Virus record (IMG/VR): IMGVR_UViG_3300027566_000158
Location: 1-39,038 of that record
Source of the DNA: a virus
Taxonomy: Duplodnaviria > Caudoviricetes
Strand: one strand, 5' to 3'
Length of the DNA stretch: 39,038 nucleotides
The translations under genes and the position numbers were made by a program. Below are positions 24,820 to 35,276 of the stretch, piece after piece. How positions within the stretch are numbered: the first letter of the stretch is position 1; the number at the start of each line of letters is the position of its first letter. The notes beneath the pieces were generated by a model. That model was not told where the DNA came from and ran no database searches. It was given only the letters and a program-made list of their open reading frames with translations.

Positions 24820-25095
24820 ATGGAGAAAAGAACAAAGGTTAATGAACTATTAGACAAAATCAAATCAGAAGGAAATGACATAAATTTAAAGGTTGAGGAA
24901 GCCCTTTTAAAAGTAGCTTTAGGATATGAATATGAAGAAACTGAAATCATAGCGAGCAAAGATGGAAAGACATCGAGAGTTAGAAAAGTTAAAAAGGTAG
25001 TTCCTCCAGATACGACTGCTATAATATTTTGGTTAAAAACTAGAAACCCAAGTAAATGGAGGCCTAGAGTTATTAATGATGATGAAATTTTATAA
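24820..25095 (+). CDS. Terminase-small-subunit-like short protein
   Basis: VEEALLKVALGYEYEE...PPDTTAIIFWLKTR.P.KWR. Confidence 0.7.
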   Translation: MEKRTKVNELLDKIKSEGNDINLKVEEALLKVALGYEYEETEIIASKDGKTSRVRKVKKVVPPDTTAIIFWLKTRNPSKWRPRVINDDEIL

Positions 25096-25131
25096 ATTAA
25101 ATTTTCAAGCGAGGTGAGGTGACTATGTAAA

Positions 25132-25992
25132 ATGGCTAAGCAGAGGAGTCCTGATAGTGTAAAAGCTGAACAGCTATATTTAGAAAGTGAAGGTAAATTA
25201 GAGTTAGTTGAGATAGCCAAACAACTAGAAGTGTCTCCAGGTACTGTTCGTTCATGGAAAAATCGTTATAACTGGAGTGGCAAATTACATGGAGAAAACA
25301 ATGCAACGTTGCAAAAGAAAAATACTAAAAATAAACGCAACGTTGCAAAAGGTAAAAATAAATTAAAAGTTGATGATAATAATGATTCGTCAATAAACAG
25401 TAATGAACAAACTATCACCTGCAATACCAACATAAAAAGAAGAGGAGCACCTAAAGGCAATAGGAACGCATTAGGTAATAGAGGAGGATTAGGTGGCCCA
25501 CCAAGGAATAAAAAAGCAGAGAAACATGGCTTCTTTTCAAAATATCTTCCTGAAGAAACTTTAGAAATTGTTGATGAGATTAAACAAATGGACTATTTAG
25601 ATATACTTTGGGAGAATATCACAATTCACTATGCTGGAATAATAAGAGCTCAGAGAATCATGTTTGTTAAGAACCAGGAGGATTTGACTAGAGTATTGAA
25701 GAAGCAAAAGGAAACTTCAGGAGTAACAACAGATAGCTGGGAAAAGGAATACGAGTTGCAGTTTGCTTGGGATAAGCAGGCAACATTCCTTAATGCACAA
25801 AGTAGGGCTATGTCAGAATTAAGAAATCTTATAAAACAGTACGATGAGATGCTGCATAATAATTGGGAAGTAGCTACTGAGGAACAGAAATTACGGATTG
25901 AAAAGCTTAAGGTTGATATTGAAAAAGTTGGTGGACAGGATAAAATTGATAAACCAATAGAAATAATTATAAAGAGAAAGGGTGAGGGGTAA
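25132..25992 (+). CDS. Terminase small subunit (PBSX-like)
   Basis: N-terminal HTH ([22 protein letters not shown]), [19 protein letters not shown]; coupled to terminase large subunit. Confidence 0.88.
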   Translation: MAKQRSPDSVKAEQLYLESEGKLELVEIAKQLEVSPGTVRSWKNRYNWSGKLHGENNATLQKKNTKNKRNVAKGKNKLKVDDNNDSSINSNEQTITCNTNIKRRGAPKGNRNALGNRGGLGGPPRNKKAEKHGFFSKYLPEETLEIVDEIKQMDYLDILWENITIHYAGIIRAQRIMFVKNQEDLTRVLKKQKETSGVTTDSWEKEYELQFAWDKQATFLNAQSRAMSELRNLIKQYDEMLHNNWEVATEEQKLRIEKLKVDIEKVGGQDKIDKPIEIIIKRKGEG

Positions 25993-27338
25993 TGCCTATT
26001 GAAAAGGAAGTAAACCCTCATTTTGAAGATTTTTTATTCGATTGGAACTATAAGACTTATCTTTTAGTCGGTGGATATGGATCATCAAAGAGTTACCATG
26101 TAGCATTAAAAATAATCTTAAAGCTTTTAGAAGAAAAAAGAACCGCATTAGTGGTCAGAGAAGTTTATGATACCATTAGAGATTCATGTTATTCATTATT
26201 CGAAGAGATAGTAACTGAAATGGGACTTGATGATAAGATTAAATTTAAAATCTCTCCAATGCAAATCAAGTTTCCTAATGGGTCTAAGATAATATTTAAA
26301 GGTATGGATAAACCTACTAAATTAAAGTCTATAAATGGAGTAACTATAGTATGGATTGAAGAATGTTCAGAGGTAAAGTATGCAGGTTATAAAGAATTAT
26401 TAGGTAGATTAAGACATCCAACATTACCTTTATACTTTATTTTATCTACAAATCCTGTAGCACAAAGCAACTGGACATTTAAGCACTTCTTTAAAGATTC
26501 TAAGAAGAAAATCTTAATTTTAGACGATGAAGATTTATACAAAAATAGAATAGTAATAAAAAATAATACTTATTATCATCACTCTACTGCTGATGATAAT
26601 TTATTTTTGCCTATTAGCTATACTGAACAGCTTGATGAACTTCAAACATATGATCCTGATTTATATAGAATAGCTAGAAGAGGTAGATTTGGCATAAATG
26701 GTAAAAGAGTATTACCTCAGTTTGAAGTGAAACCACATTTCGAAGTACTAGAGGCTATGCAAAAAACAAAGGTGCTAATTTATAGAGCAGGCTTTGACTT
26801 TGGATTTGAAACTTCATACAATGCCTTAATAAGAGTTGCTATAGATGATATTGAAAAGATTCTCTTTATCTATTGGGAATATTATAAAAATCAAATGACT
26901 GATGACAAGACTGCTATAGAAATTGCAGAATTTAAGAATACTCAGGAACTAATAAGAGCGGATAGTGCTGAGCCTAAAACAATAAAATATTATAGGCAAG
27001 AGGGATTCAACATAGTAGGAGCTAAGAAATTCCAAGGGTCAAGGCTTCAAAACACTAAGAAAGTTAAGAGATTTAAAAAAATCATATGTTCTTCAAACTG
27101 TATAAATACTGTAGATGAATTAAAAGATTTAACATATGCAGTAGATAAAAATGGAGAAATAATAGAGGATGAATTCAATATAGATCCTCATACATTTAGT
27201 GCTATTTGGTACGCACTTGATGGTTATGAAGTAGCTGACATAAAAGAAAAGAAATATGATGAAGAAGTCTATAGTAAAGGTAAAGGCGTTATTAAAGCAA
27301 GTAATGATCCTTATAAGAGAGGAGGTACAGTTTTCTAG
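25992..27338 (+). CDS. Terminase large subunit, PBSX family
   Basis: VGGYGSSKS Walker A, VWIEE Walker B, STNP, DFGF, ADSAEP. Confidence 0.95.
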   Translation: MPIEKEVNPHFEDFLFDWNYKTYLLVGGYGSSKSYHVALKIILKLLEEKRTALVVREVYDTIRDSCYSLFEEIVTEMGLDDKIKFKISPMQIKFPNGSKIIFKGMDKPTKLKSINGVTIVWIEECSEVKYAGYKELLGRLRHPTLPLYFILSTNPVAQSNWTFKHFFKDSKKKILILDDEDLYKNRIVIKNNTYYHHSTADDNLFLPISYTEQLDELQTYDPDLYRIARRGRFGINGKRVLPQFEVKPHFEVLEAMQKTKVLIYRAGFDFGFETSYNALIRVAIDDIEKILFIYWEYYKNQMTDDKTAIEIAEFKNTQELIRADSAEPKTIKYYRQEGFNIVGAKKFQGSRLQNTKKVKRFKKIICSSNCINTVDELKDLTYAVDKNGEIIEDEFNIDPHTFSAIWYALDGYEVADIKEKKYDEEVYSKGKGVIKASNDPYKRGGTVF

Positions 27339-28861
27339 TGGAAAGCAGTGAACAAATGCAAATTAGATCAATAAGGGACACTTTATTAAAGTTACCGGAT
27401 AATGAAATGAGGGAAAGACGTAAAGTATTAAGAGATTATATATTTTACAAAGGCAAGTCAGATGATTTAGAAGCAGCTAAAAATAACCTTGTTTTATATG
27501 GGCAAAACTGGCCAGTAAATGACAATGTTGATTATAAGCCTACACAAGATATCAGAAATAAGGTCAAGCCACTTCTTAAGAAACAAGCAAGATGGATGTT
27601 TGGAAAGGAGCCTACTCTGGTATTTAAACCAGATGACTTTAATAATAAAGATAAATGTGAAAAGCTTAGAAAGTTCATTGATGATATCTTTGAAAACAAT
27701 AATTTTTGGAATAATACTAGAAAAGCTTTTTTAGAATCAACAGTTAAGAAGAGAGTACTTCTTAGAGTTGAAGCTAATCCTGGACAGCCATTAGTAATTA
27801 AGTATGAAACTATAGAAAACTTTTATTATAAAGAAAAGAATGGTGTTCTACTAAAAGTTGTGTTCTTTGAAGATGATGAGCTTAATGTGTATAAAGAAAC
27901 TGATGCCGAAAAGATTTACTATCTTCATACTTATTATTACAAAGTTGATGAAAAGTCTAGGGAAAAACAAGCATGGTATAAGAAAGATACTTATAAAAAT
28001 ACTGATTTACAGGAAGACCTGACAATAGATATAGATACAGGGTTTTCTGCTATACCATGTTGGCTGATTAAGAATGGTGGAGAACTTAATGATTCTTTCG
28101 GTGAAAGTGATGTTAATGAATTAGAAGATGCCCAAAACCAATACAACAGAAGAATATCAGACTTTGCTGATGCATTAAGATTTCAATTATTTGGTGCTGA
28201 AGTTGTAATTGATGGGGATGAAGATGATGTAAATAAGTTCACTATAGCTCCTAATGCACTTCATGCAGTAAGGACTAGAGGTGAACTTGCAGACAGTGGT
28301 AAGCAAGCTACAGTTCAAAGGTTAGAGTACAATATAGGCAATTCAACCGCTATGGAATCTTATCTAGACAGAGCAGAAAGTGATATGAATTTTGCTTTAG
28401 ACATGCCCAAATTAAAGGATTTAAACAATATACCAAGTGCTAAAGCCATGATCTATTTGTATAATGATCTAATTGCAAGATGTGAAGAAAAGTGGAATGA
28501 TTGGGAAAGGCCTTTATTAGGACTAATTAAATTTATTATTGAAGTAGCTCCAGTATGTTATAAAGGTAAATTTAATTCTGAGTGGTTAAGCTTAAAATAT
28601 ACAACGATTTTTAAACATAATTATCCGTTACCATCTGATGATGATGAAAAGAAGAAAACTGCTATATCAGAAGTTCAAGCTGATGTAAGGTCAAGAAAAT
28701 CGTACATTAAAGAGTTTAGTGATGAGGAAGATGATCAAAAGGCCTTTGATGAAATACTTGAAGAAAAGTCTCAGATTACTAATGCGGAAACAGATCAGAT
28801 GACAAAAGCTATGAATACAGAATTAAATAATATAGAAAAAAACTCTGCTGAGGTAGGATAA
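27338..28861 (+). CDS. Portal protein (SPP1 gp6-like)
   Basis: 507 aa after terminase; FGESD...Q..YN...SD motif. Confidence 0.88.
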   Translation: MESSEQMQIRSIRDTLLKLPDNEMRERRKVLRDYIFYKGKSDDLEAAKNNLVLYGQNWPVNDNVDYKPTQDIRNKVKPLLKKQARWMFGKEPTLVFKPDDFNNKDKCEKLRKFIDDIFENNNFWNNTRKAFLESTVKKRVLLRVEANPGQPLVIKYETIENFYYKEKNGVLLKVVFFEDDELNVYKETDAEKIYYLHTYYYKVDEKSREKQAWYKKDTYKNTDLQEDLTIDIDTGFSAIPCWLIKNGGELNDSFGESDVNELEDAQNQYNRRISDFADALRFQLFGAEVVIDGDEDDVNKFTIAPNALHAVRTRGELADSGKQATVQRLEYNIGNSTAMESYLDRAESDMNFALDMPKLKDLNNIPSAKAMIYLYNDLIARCEEKWNDWERPLLGLIKFIIEVAPVCYKGKFNSEWLSLKYTTIFKHNYPLPSDDDEKKKTAISEVQADVRSRKSYIKEFSDEEDDQKAFDEILEEKSQITNAETDQMTKAMNTELNNIEKNSAEVG

Positions 28862-30519
28862 TGAGCATTTATGAACAGGAAGTTTTGAAAGGTAGAAAGA
28901 AATTTTTGAAGCTTAATTTAACTCAGGAAAAAGAACTTTTAAAGCTATATAAAGAGTTAGCTAATCAATTAGGTGGTGAAATAGCTACTTCCAGAACGAC
29001 CTCACAAGATTCCTACTTAAGAAAATTAAATGAAATAGTGCAGGCTAATATTACGCAATTAAATTCTAAGTTAAGTAATATGATGAAATCTAATATAGAA
29101 ACTAGCTCACAGATTGCAAGTACTACTGAAAGTGTATATTACCAATCAATCACTAATGATGCCACTGTACTGGCTATGTTTAAATCAATGCCTATAAATA
29201 ACTCTAGGAAAATAGTAAGTAAACTAATTCAAGGTAATTATTATAAAGATGGTAAAACTTTAGATCAGAGGCTTTGGAACATTACTCAAAAGAATAAGAA
29301 TGATATCAATACTCTTATTAAGATTAATGTACTTAAAGGTGCCAATGCTAGAGAGCTAGCGAAACAGGTAGACAAATATGTTAATCCAACCAAGGTATTA
29401 AAGGCTCATGCTTTAGAAGATGGTATGAGTGCAAATGTAGCCTATCAAGCACAAAGATTAGCTAGAACTTCAATAACTCATGCTTTTTCAGAAACAACAA
29501 TAGAAAATGCAAAAACTAATCCATTTAATAAAGGTATTAAGTGGAATTTAAGTGCTAGCCATTTTGCTAGGATGCATGGCAAGAGAGATATATGTGATGA
29601 TTATAATGGCAGAGTATTTAAGCCTAATGAAGTTCCATTGCAACATCCAAATTGTCTTTGTTATTTAACTGAAGAAAACACAGATATAAATCAAGCGATT
29701 AAAGAACTTAAAGCATGGACTAGAGGTGAGAAGAATCCTAGATTAGATAAGTGGTATGAGAAAAATAAAAATGCTGAGAATCAATCTAATGTAATACCTA
29801 TTAAGAAAGAAACTAAATGGAGTGATGCTAAATCAAAAGATACTCAGTTTAAAGATAAGAAAGAGATAAAAAATCACCTTAAAGATAATTATAATATTAA
29901 GTTCTCAGACAGCACTAAATATCCTATTCATAAAGATATATTGCAGGATTCAGTTAACTGGTTAGATAAATTCCATAATTATTTTAAAGGATTTAAAGCA
30001 ATAGATCCGGTTGAATTGCCAGCAATAAAAGTGAAAGCAGGAATTAATCCTGTAGGATATTATGAATATTACCCTAGTAAGCCTCAAGCAGTAGAATTAG
30101 TTTTAAATGGTGCATATTTTACAGATATAGGGTATAATAATAGTTATATAAAACAATGTATTGAAAGCAAATGGACAGTAGCAAATGCTAAATCATATAA
30201 AACATTTGTACATGAATATGGACATCATGTAGCAGATTCTTTAAAATGGCTTGATAAAGGAACTAATCCTGTTAATCAGAATTGGTGTAAGGACTTTATC
30301 AATGATGTAATAAAGGAGTATAATAGTAAATATAATACTAATATAAGCTTTAAAGATGTAGCAGAGCTTGTAAGCAGATATGGTGGTACGAAACCAGAAG
30401 AAGCTTTTGCAGAAACATTTGCAGAATACTTTGGTGGAGATAATCCTAGAGATTTTGCTAAGGTGTTTGGTGAAAGTGTGGAGAAGAAATTAAAAGAATA
30501 TATAAAAATGAAAGGATGA
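28861..30519 (+). CDS. MuF/gp7-type minor head protein with C-terminal zinc-metallopeptidase extension
   Basis: RLARTS..HA, DICD, HPNCLC in MuF part; HEYGH and EAFAE in C-terminal part. Confidence 0.85.
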   Translation: MSIYEQEVLKGRKKFLKLNLTQEKELLKLYKELANQLGGEIATSRTTSQDSYLRKLNEIVQANITQLNSKLSNMMKSNIETSSQIASTTESVYYQSITNDATVLAMFKSMPINNSRKIVSKLIQGNYYKDGKTLDQRLWNITQKNKNDINTLIKINVLKGANARELAKQVDKYVNPTKVLKAHALEDGMSANVAYQAQRLARTSITHAFSETTIENAKTNPFNKGIKWNLSASHFARMHGKRDICDDYNGRVFKPNEVPLQHPNCLCYLTEENTDINQAIKELKAWTRGEKNPRLDKWYEKNKNAENQSNVIPIKKETKWSDAKSKDTQFKDKKEIKNHLKDNYNIKFSDSTKYPIHKDILQDSVNWLDKFHNYFKGFKAIDPVELPAIKVKAGINPVGYYEYYPSKPQAVELVLNGAYFTDIGYNNSYIKQCIESKWTVANAKSYKTFVHEYGHHVADSLKWLDKGTNPVNQNWCKDFINDVIKEYNSKYNTNISFKDVAELVSRYGGTKPEEAFAETFAEYFGGDNPRDFAKVFGESVEKKLKEYIKMKG

Positions 30520-30524
30520 TAGCT

Positions 30525-30668
30525 ATGGAGCAACTGGAACCCAAATTTATAGTTGAGGGATATGGATATTATACTGATGATGGACTGCAAATTAAAGATG
30601 ATGCACCTCAATGGGCCAAAGATGAATACAAAGAATTTATGTCAGAGCCATATAAAATGAAAGAATAA
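30525..30668 (+). CDS. Small acidic protein, candidate immunity partner of the MuF extension, 47 aa
   Basis: RBS AAAGGA; MEQLEPKFIVEGYGYYTDDGLQIKDDAPQWAKDEYKEFMSEPYKMKE. Confidence 0.65.
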   Translation: MEQLEPKFIVEGYGYYTDDGLQIKDDAPQWAKDEYKEFMSEPYKMKE

Positions 30669-30705
30669 GAGCACTTACTAAGTAAAAATAGTAGGTGCTT
30701 TTATT
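30668..30705 (+). terminator. Rho-independent terminator
   Basis: AGAGCACTTACTA-8 nt-TAGTAGGTGCTTT then TATT. Confidence 0.75.
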
Positions 30706-30734
30706 ATGTCTAAAAATAAGGAGGAGAAATAACA

Positions 30735-31349
30735 ATGGCAAAACTAAAAGATATCATTGGGGAGGAATTATATAAACAGCTTCCAGCTGACAAACAAAAA
30801 GAATATGAAAATAAGGACTATGAGGATGTTTCTGGCGGAGCTTATGTTCCTAAAACTAAGTTTGAGCAAGTGAATGACCAGGTTAAAGAATATAAAAAGC
30901 AGGTAGGAGAGAGGGATACTCAGATTACTAAACTTAAAGAAGAATTTAAAGATACTGAAGGGTTAAAAGAAAAAGTAGAGAAGCTTGAATCAGATAATAA
31001 GACCCAAAAAGAAAGTTATGAGAAACAGTTGTCTGAGATATCTTTTAACAATGCCTTAGAAAAAGGATTGAGCAGCTTTAATGTTAAGGATAAAACTCTA
31101 ATTATGGCTTTATTAAATAAAGAAAATCTTAAAGTTGATGGAGATAACATCATAGGTCTTAAAGAGCAACTAGAGCCACTTCAAAAATCGCATGAATATC
31201 TATTTGAAAAAACACCGAATGGGACTGGTTCATTTAATACCGGTGGAAAAGGTGGAGAAGAGCAAACAAAAACAAATTTTGCAACAGAATTAGGTAAGCA
31301 AAGGGCAGAAGCTTTGAAAGCCAAGAGCTTAACTGATTTTGCTAAATAA
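30735..31349 (+). CDS. Capsid scaffolding protein
   Basis: Coiled coil, YVPKTKF, IIGL.EQL..L..SHEYLF; position. Confidence 0.85.
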   Translation: MAKLKDIIGEELYKQLPADKQKEYENKDYEDVSGGAYVPKTKFEQVNDQVKEYKKQVGERDTQITKLKEEFKDTEGLKEKVEKLESDNKTQKESYEKQLSEISFNNALEKGLSSFNVKDKTLIMALLNKENLKVDGDNIIGLKEQLEPLQKSHEYLFEKTPNGTGSFNTGGKGGEEQTKTNFATELGKQRAEALKAKSLTDFAK

Positions 31350-31376
31350 AAAAATGAGAATGAGGAGGAATGAACA

Positions 31377-31796
31377 ATGAGGCAGTCAAGTTATACAATT
31401 GGAGCAAGCCAAAAGAAGCTAAGATTAATTGCTGGAGATCATTTTATTAGTTTACCCCTAAAGGTAGTAAAAGCTAATGTGTTAAGTGCATTAGACGAAA
31501 ATGAAGTTCTAAAAGCTGGAACATTAATTACTAAGGATGGAAAAGCAGTTACAACAGTTGCTGCAGTTGAAGGGGTATCAGCGGCAACAACAGATGCATG
31601 GGGAGTTGTTTATCAAGATGTATCTTTTAAAGGATCAATGTCACCAGATGCAACTCCAAATAATGCTACAGAAGTAGTACCAGTGTTTGTGCATGGAGTT
31701 TTATATGAATCAGAAGTAAAATTTTCAGCTGATTCAGTGCTTGGTGGAAAAAATGCAGAAAAAGCAGCATTACATCAAATTATTTTTGGAGAATAG
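31377..31796 (+). CDS. Head decoration/auxiliary capsid protein
   Basis: LKAGT, GVVYQDV, VFVHG; between scaffold and capsid genes. Confidence 0.7.
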   Translation: MRQSSYTIGASQKKLRLIAGDHFISLPLKVVKANVLSALDENEVLKAGTLITKDGKAVTTVAAVEGVSAATTDAWGVVYQDVSFKGSMSPDATPNNATEVVPVFVHGVLYESEVKFSADSVLGGKNAEKAALHQIIFGE

Positions 31797-31810
31797 GGAG
31801 GAATTAAGAC

Positions 31811-32860
31811 ATGAATTTAAGTGATTATATTAACTCAAAAAACATTGCTCTTTATATTAAAGAGTTACCACAAGAATCTACGGTTGATAAAACACTGTTT
31901 CCAGATAAAAAGGTTACTGGAACAAAATTGGAAATGGCTAAGGGCGCTAAAAAGAAATCAGTTGCTTTAAGAATGAGCACTTTTGATGCAGCTACAAAGA
32001 TGAGAGCATTAAGTGCAGATTTAACAGTAAAATCCACTGAAATTCCTTTCTTTAAAGAAGGTATGGGTATTGATGAAACTACCAGAAGAGATTTACAAAA
32101 TGCAATTGGTGCTAATAATGAAAACTTTGTAAATGCTTTACTAGGACAAGTTTTTGAAAATTATTCTACTCTAGTTGATGGCGCAAATATCATAGCCAAG
32201 AAAATGAGGGCAAGCGTAACTCAGAATGGATTATTAAACTTTACGTCCAAAGATGGTGATATTGTAGTAGATTATGGAGTGCCTGCAAATCACAGAGTAG
32301 TGTTAACTGTTGATGATAAGTGGACAAATCCTGCAGCTGATATAGTTGGAGATATTAGAGCATTTCAAAAGGCTATTACAGATGATAACTATGCTAAGCC
32401 AACAATACTGTTACTGACTGAAAAGACATTTGACAGTACATTTTTAATTAATACAGTAATCACAAATCATATTAAAAATAGTAACCTAAATACATCTTTG
32501 ATTTTATCCCAAGCAAATTATATACAGTTTGCTAAAGAAGTTTTAGGGCTAACAGTAATTTTCTTGGAAGATACTACTTATATTCCAGCAGAAGGTGCAG
32601 AACCAATTCCATATTATGCGGATGGTAAAATCACTCTTATGAGTGGCTCAACTCTTGGAAACACAGTTTACGGAACAACACCTGAGGAGTTTGATAAACA
32701 GAGTGGATCAAGTAAACTGGACACTTATATTGTAGGTAAAGGAACTGCAGTTACAACTATGGTTAAAGAAGATCCAGTAACAGTAGATACTAAGGTATCA
32801 GTGATGCCTATAGTTAGCTTTGATAGGGCAGATGAAGTATTCTTTGCAACTGTATATTAA
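31811..32860 (+). CDS. Major capsid protein (lambda E-like)
   Basis: 349 aa, LFP, PFFKE, VDYG, W.....D..DI; position. Confidence 0.88.
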   Translation: MNLSDYINSKNIALYIKELPQESTVDKTLFPDKKVTGTKLEMAKGAKKKSVALRMSTFDAATKMRALSADLTVKSTEIPFFKEGMGIDETTRRDLQNAIGANNENFVNALLGQVFENYSTLVDGANIIAKKMRASVTQNGLLNFTSKDGDIVVDYGVPANHRVVLTVDDKWTNPAADIVGDIRAFQKAITDDNYAKPTILLLTEKTFDSTFLINTVITNHIKNSNLNTSLILSQANYIQFAKEVLGLTVIFLEDTTYIPAEGAEPIPYYADGKITLMSGSTLGNTVYGTTPEEFDKQSGSSKLDTYIVGKGTAVTTMVKEDPVTVDTKVSVMPIVSFDRADEVFFATVY

Positions 32861-32863
32861 TTT

Positions 32864-32894
32864 AGAGTAGTTTAAATAGCTACTCTTTTATTTT
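32864..32894 (+). terminator. Terminator after major capsid gene
   Basis: AGAGTAGTT-TAAAT-AGCTACTCT then TTTATTTT. Confidence 0.75.
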
Positions 32895-32917
32895 GATTAA
32901 GGAAGGATGGGAAAAAC

Positions 32918-33148
32918 ATGGCTAAAAAATCAGATACAAATACTTTAGAAAAGACATTTAATGCAGTAGCAAAACAATTTATTAAATATGATGGAGAACA
33001 TTTAAAGGCTGGAGATAAATTTCAAGTTAAAGAATCAGATGTAGAAGAATTAAGTAAATATGCTGAAATAGAAATTCCAAAAGAAGAAACACCAGTTAAT
33101 CCATCAAACGGACAAAGCGGTCAAGTAGGAGAAAATGGAGGTCAATAG
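32918..33148 (+). CDS. Small virion-associated hypothetical protein
   Basis: ORF track; IKYDGEHLKAGDKFQV. Confidence 0.7.
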   Translation: MAKKSDTNTLEKTFNAVAKQFIKYDGEHLKAGDKFQVKESDVEELSKYAEIEIPKEETPVNPSNGQSGQVGENGGQ

Positions 33149-33149
33149 T

Positions 33150-33461
33150 ATGGACCCAATAGAACAATTGAAACTTAATCTACAAGAAACAGAATATCCT
33201 TATTTTAATGATGTTGATCTACAAAACTTACTTTTAGTTAATGGAAATAGCGTTGCTAAAGCTAGTTGGAGAGGTTGTTTACTTAAAGCAGCTTCAGATG
33301 ATCAAGTCAAGGTAGGTCCTATAGAGGTTAAATCTAGCAATAAAGAGTATTGGAATAACTTAGCAGCTATATATAAAGCTGACTATCTACAAGAAGTTGC
33401 AGCATTAAACCCAACAACAGCTGGATATAAAACTTCCATGTCAAGAGCTGATGAAGTATGA
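33150..33461 (+). CDS. Head-tail connector/adaptor protein
   Basis: ATG 33150 after GGAGG; position after capsid. Confidence 0.7.
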   Translation: MDPIEQLKLNLQETEYPYFNDVDLQNLLLVNGNSVAKASWRGCLLKAASDDQVKVGPIEVKSSNKEYWNNLAAIYKADYLQEVAALNPTTAGYKTSMSRADEV

Positions 33462-33844
33462 GTAAGCTAAAAGCAATAAAAATAATCAAGGCAATAAATA
33501 AGGGTATAGCATTAAATCCAACTGAAATAACATTTACTCAAACAACAAAAAGAGAAGTAGATGGAGCTTTTGAAGAGGATACTGTTCTAAAAATTATCAC
33601 TGTATTAATTTATATTGATGATAGCAGTAATTCCATTAATGTAAATTCAGAAAACAAGGGAACTTCTTATACTAGTAGGAGATATAAGATGGTTGCAAAT
33701 AAGGATGCAGGATTAGATGCCACACCAAAAGAAAATATTGAGTTTACAAGCAATGGAGATAAATTCGAGATAAAAGCAGTATATCCACAAATTATAGAAG
33801 ATACTTTATGTGGGTATATGTGTGATTTAGAAAGGATCGATTAG
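33458..33844 (+). CDS. Head-closure/stopper-like neck protein
   Basis: Position, size, ATGA overlap. Confidence 0.6.
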   Translation: MSKLKAIKIIKAINKGIALNPTEITFTQTTKREVDGAFEEDTVLKIITVLIYIDDSSNSINVNSENKGTSYTSRRYKMVANKDAGLDATPKENIEFTSNGDKFEIKAVYPQIIEDTLCGYMCDLERID

Positions 33845-33845
33845 T

Positions 33846-34250
33846 ATGTCCTTTGAAGTTATTGATTATATCACAAGAAAAAAGATTGGTATGCTGGCAC
33901 TCTGTAATTTATTTGCAAGTAATTTAGAAAGGGATGCTAAAAGAAATGCTACTTGGACAGATAGAACATCAAATGCAAGACAAGGTTTAGAAGGTGGATG
34001 TGAAGCTGGTAGCAGCAATTACTCTATTTATATTGCTCATGGTGTTGACTATGGAGAAATATTAGAAGAAGGCTCAAAACCACATATTATAATGCCTAAA
34101 AATAAAAAGGCCTTGTACTGGAGAGGCGCTACACACCCAGTTAAAAAAGTAAATCATCCTGGGACAGAGGGCAAACCTATTATAGAACCAACACTACAAG
34201 CTAATAAAGAAATAATTAAAAATGCTGTAATTGATTATTGGAGTGATTAA
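33846..34250 (+). CDS. HK97 gp10-like neck protein
   Basis: WTDRTSNAR, HGVDYG..LE, PH.I.PK.KKAL.W, VNHPGT. Confidence 0.8.
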   Translation: MSFEVIDYITRKKIGMLALCNLFASNLERDAKRNATWTDRTSNARQGLEGGCEAGSSNYSIYIAHGVDYGEILEEGSKPHIIMPKNKKALYWRGATHPVKKVNHPGTEGKPIIEPTLQANKEIIKNAVIDYWSD

Positions 34251-34252
34251 AG

Positions 34253-35074
34253 ATGAGAGCAGGAATAAGGCAACATTTAATAGATACAGTATCAGAGCTT
34301 AAAAATTGCTATGAACCTACAGTACCTACTAAAGATACGCTTAAACCTTATGCTATAGTATTACAGGGTTCTGATGATGACAATGGAGAAGTAGTTGGAT
34401 TTAAAAGAACTATAGAGATATGGCTGTACGAAAAGAGGACTACTTTTAAGAACTTAGATTCCTTAGCTCAAAAGGCTATTTCTGCGTTAAATATGCAACC
34501 TATTAGTGATATTATTACAAACGAAACATTTACTTGTATTTATGATGGAGCAATAGGACAAGATGTTATAGACGAAGAATGGGATGCCATAGCTAGAGGA
34601 TTGAGGTTTACTGTAATAGCATTAAATGAAGAAGATGAAGTTAATATTGATCCTTGGCTTGATGCTTTAAGCACATACACACAAGGACTAATTGATATTA
34701 CTGTTTACCTGAATAATTGGAAAAAGAATTTTCAAGTACCTTCAATATTATGGAGAGTACAGAGCCAAAGTAAGGAAAGAGAGAATAGTGCTTTAATCAA
34801 AGAAAGTAAGACTATTGTAGGCCATGTTGCTAGTAACAATAAAAATGAAATTAATATGCTACTAGATAATATAGAAGATAGGCTTATTATGGATTTAAAG
34901 ATACCTTTAGATTTAGTTAATAAGCGCTATCTAACTGTAGAAAGTGTTAGTGAGGATAGGGAAGCTGATATGCTTAGCAAAGGACAATTAACAGTAAAAT
35001 TATCTAGAAGAAAAATGATACAAGATACTGCACCTACTATAGATAAAATTTATAGTAGAGGGAATATAGAATAG
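34253..35074 (+). CDS. Tail terminator/completion-like protein
   Basis: Position before sheath; duplicated ~130-aa architecture suggested. Confidence 0.6.
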   Translation: MRAGIRQHLIDTVSELKNCYEPTVPTKDTLKPYAIVLQGSDDDNGEVVGFKRTIEIWLYEKRTTFKNLDSLAQKAISALNMQPISDIITNETFTCIYDGAIGQDVIDEEWDAIARGLRFTVIALNEEDEVNIDPWLDALSTYTQGLIDITVYLNNWKKNFQVPSILWRVQSQSKERENSALIKESKTIVGHVASNNKNEINMLLDNIEDRLIMDLKIPLDLVNKRYLTVESVSEDREADMLSKGQLTVKLSRRKMIQDTAPTIDKIYSRGNIE

Positions 35075-35084
35075 GAGGATTAGC

Positions 35085-35273
35085 ATGGATAAAGAAGCAA
35101 TAACTCAGGAAGAGTTATATCCAGTTAAAGATCTAATAAATAATTGTGAAGCACTAACAGGCTATAAGAAAGAAATAGCAGTTGGTGCTTTATTTGATTG
35201 TGAGAAAAAAGAACTAACAAAAGAAGAATTTAAAGATAAAATTAAAGTCTTTTTGAAAAGGAAGGTGAAGTAA
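35085..35273 (+). CDS. Small pre-sheath protein
   Basis: ORF track; GALF....E.TK.E..I..FLKRKVK; RBS AGGAGG. Confidence 0.7.
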   Translation: MDKEAITQEELYPVKDLINNCEALTGYKKEIAVGALFDCEKKELTKEEFKDKIKVFLKRKVK

Positions 35274-35276
35274 TCC

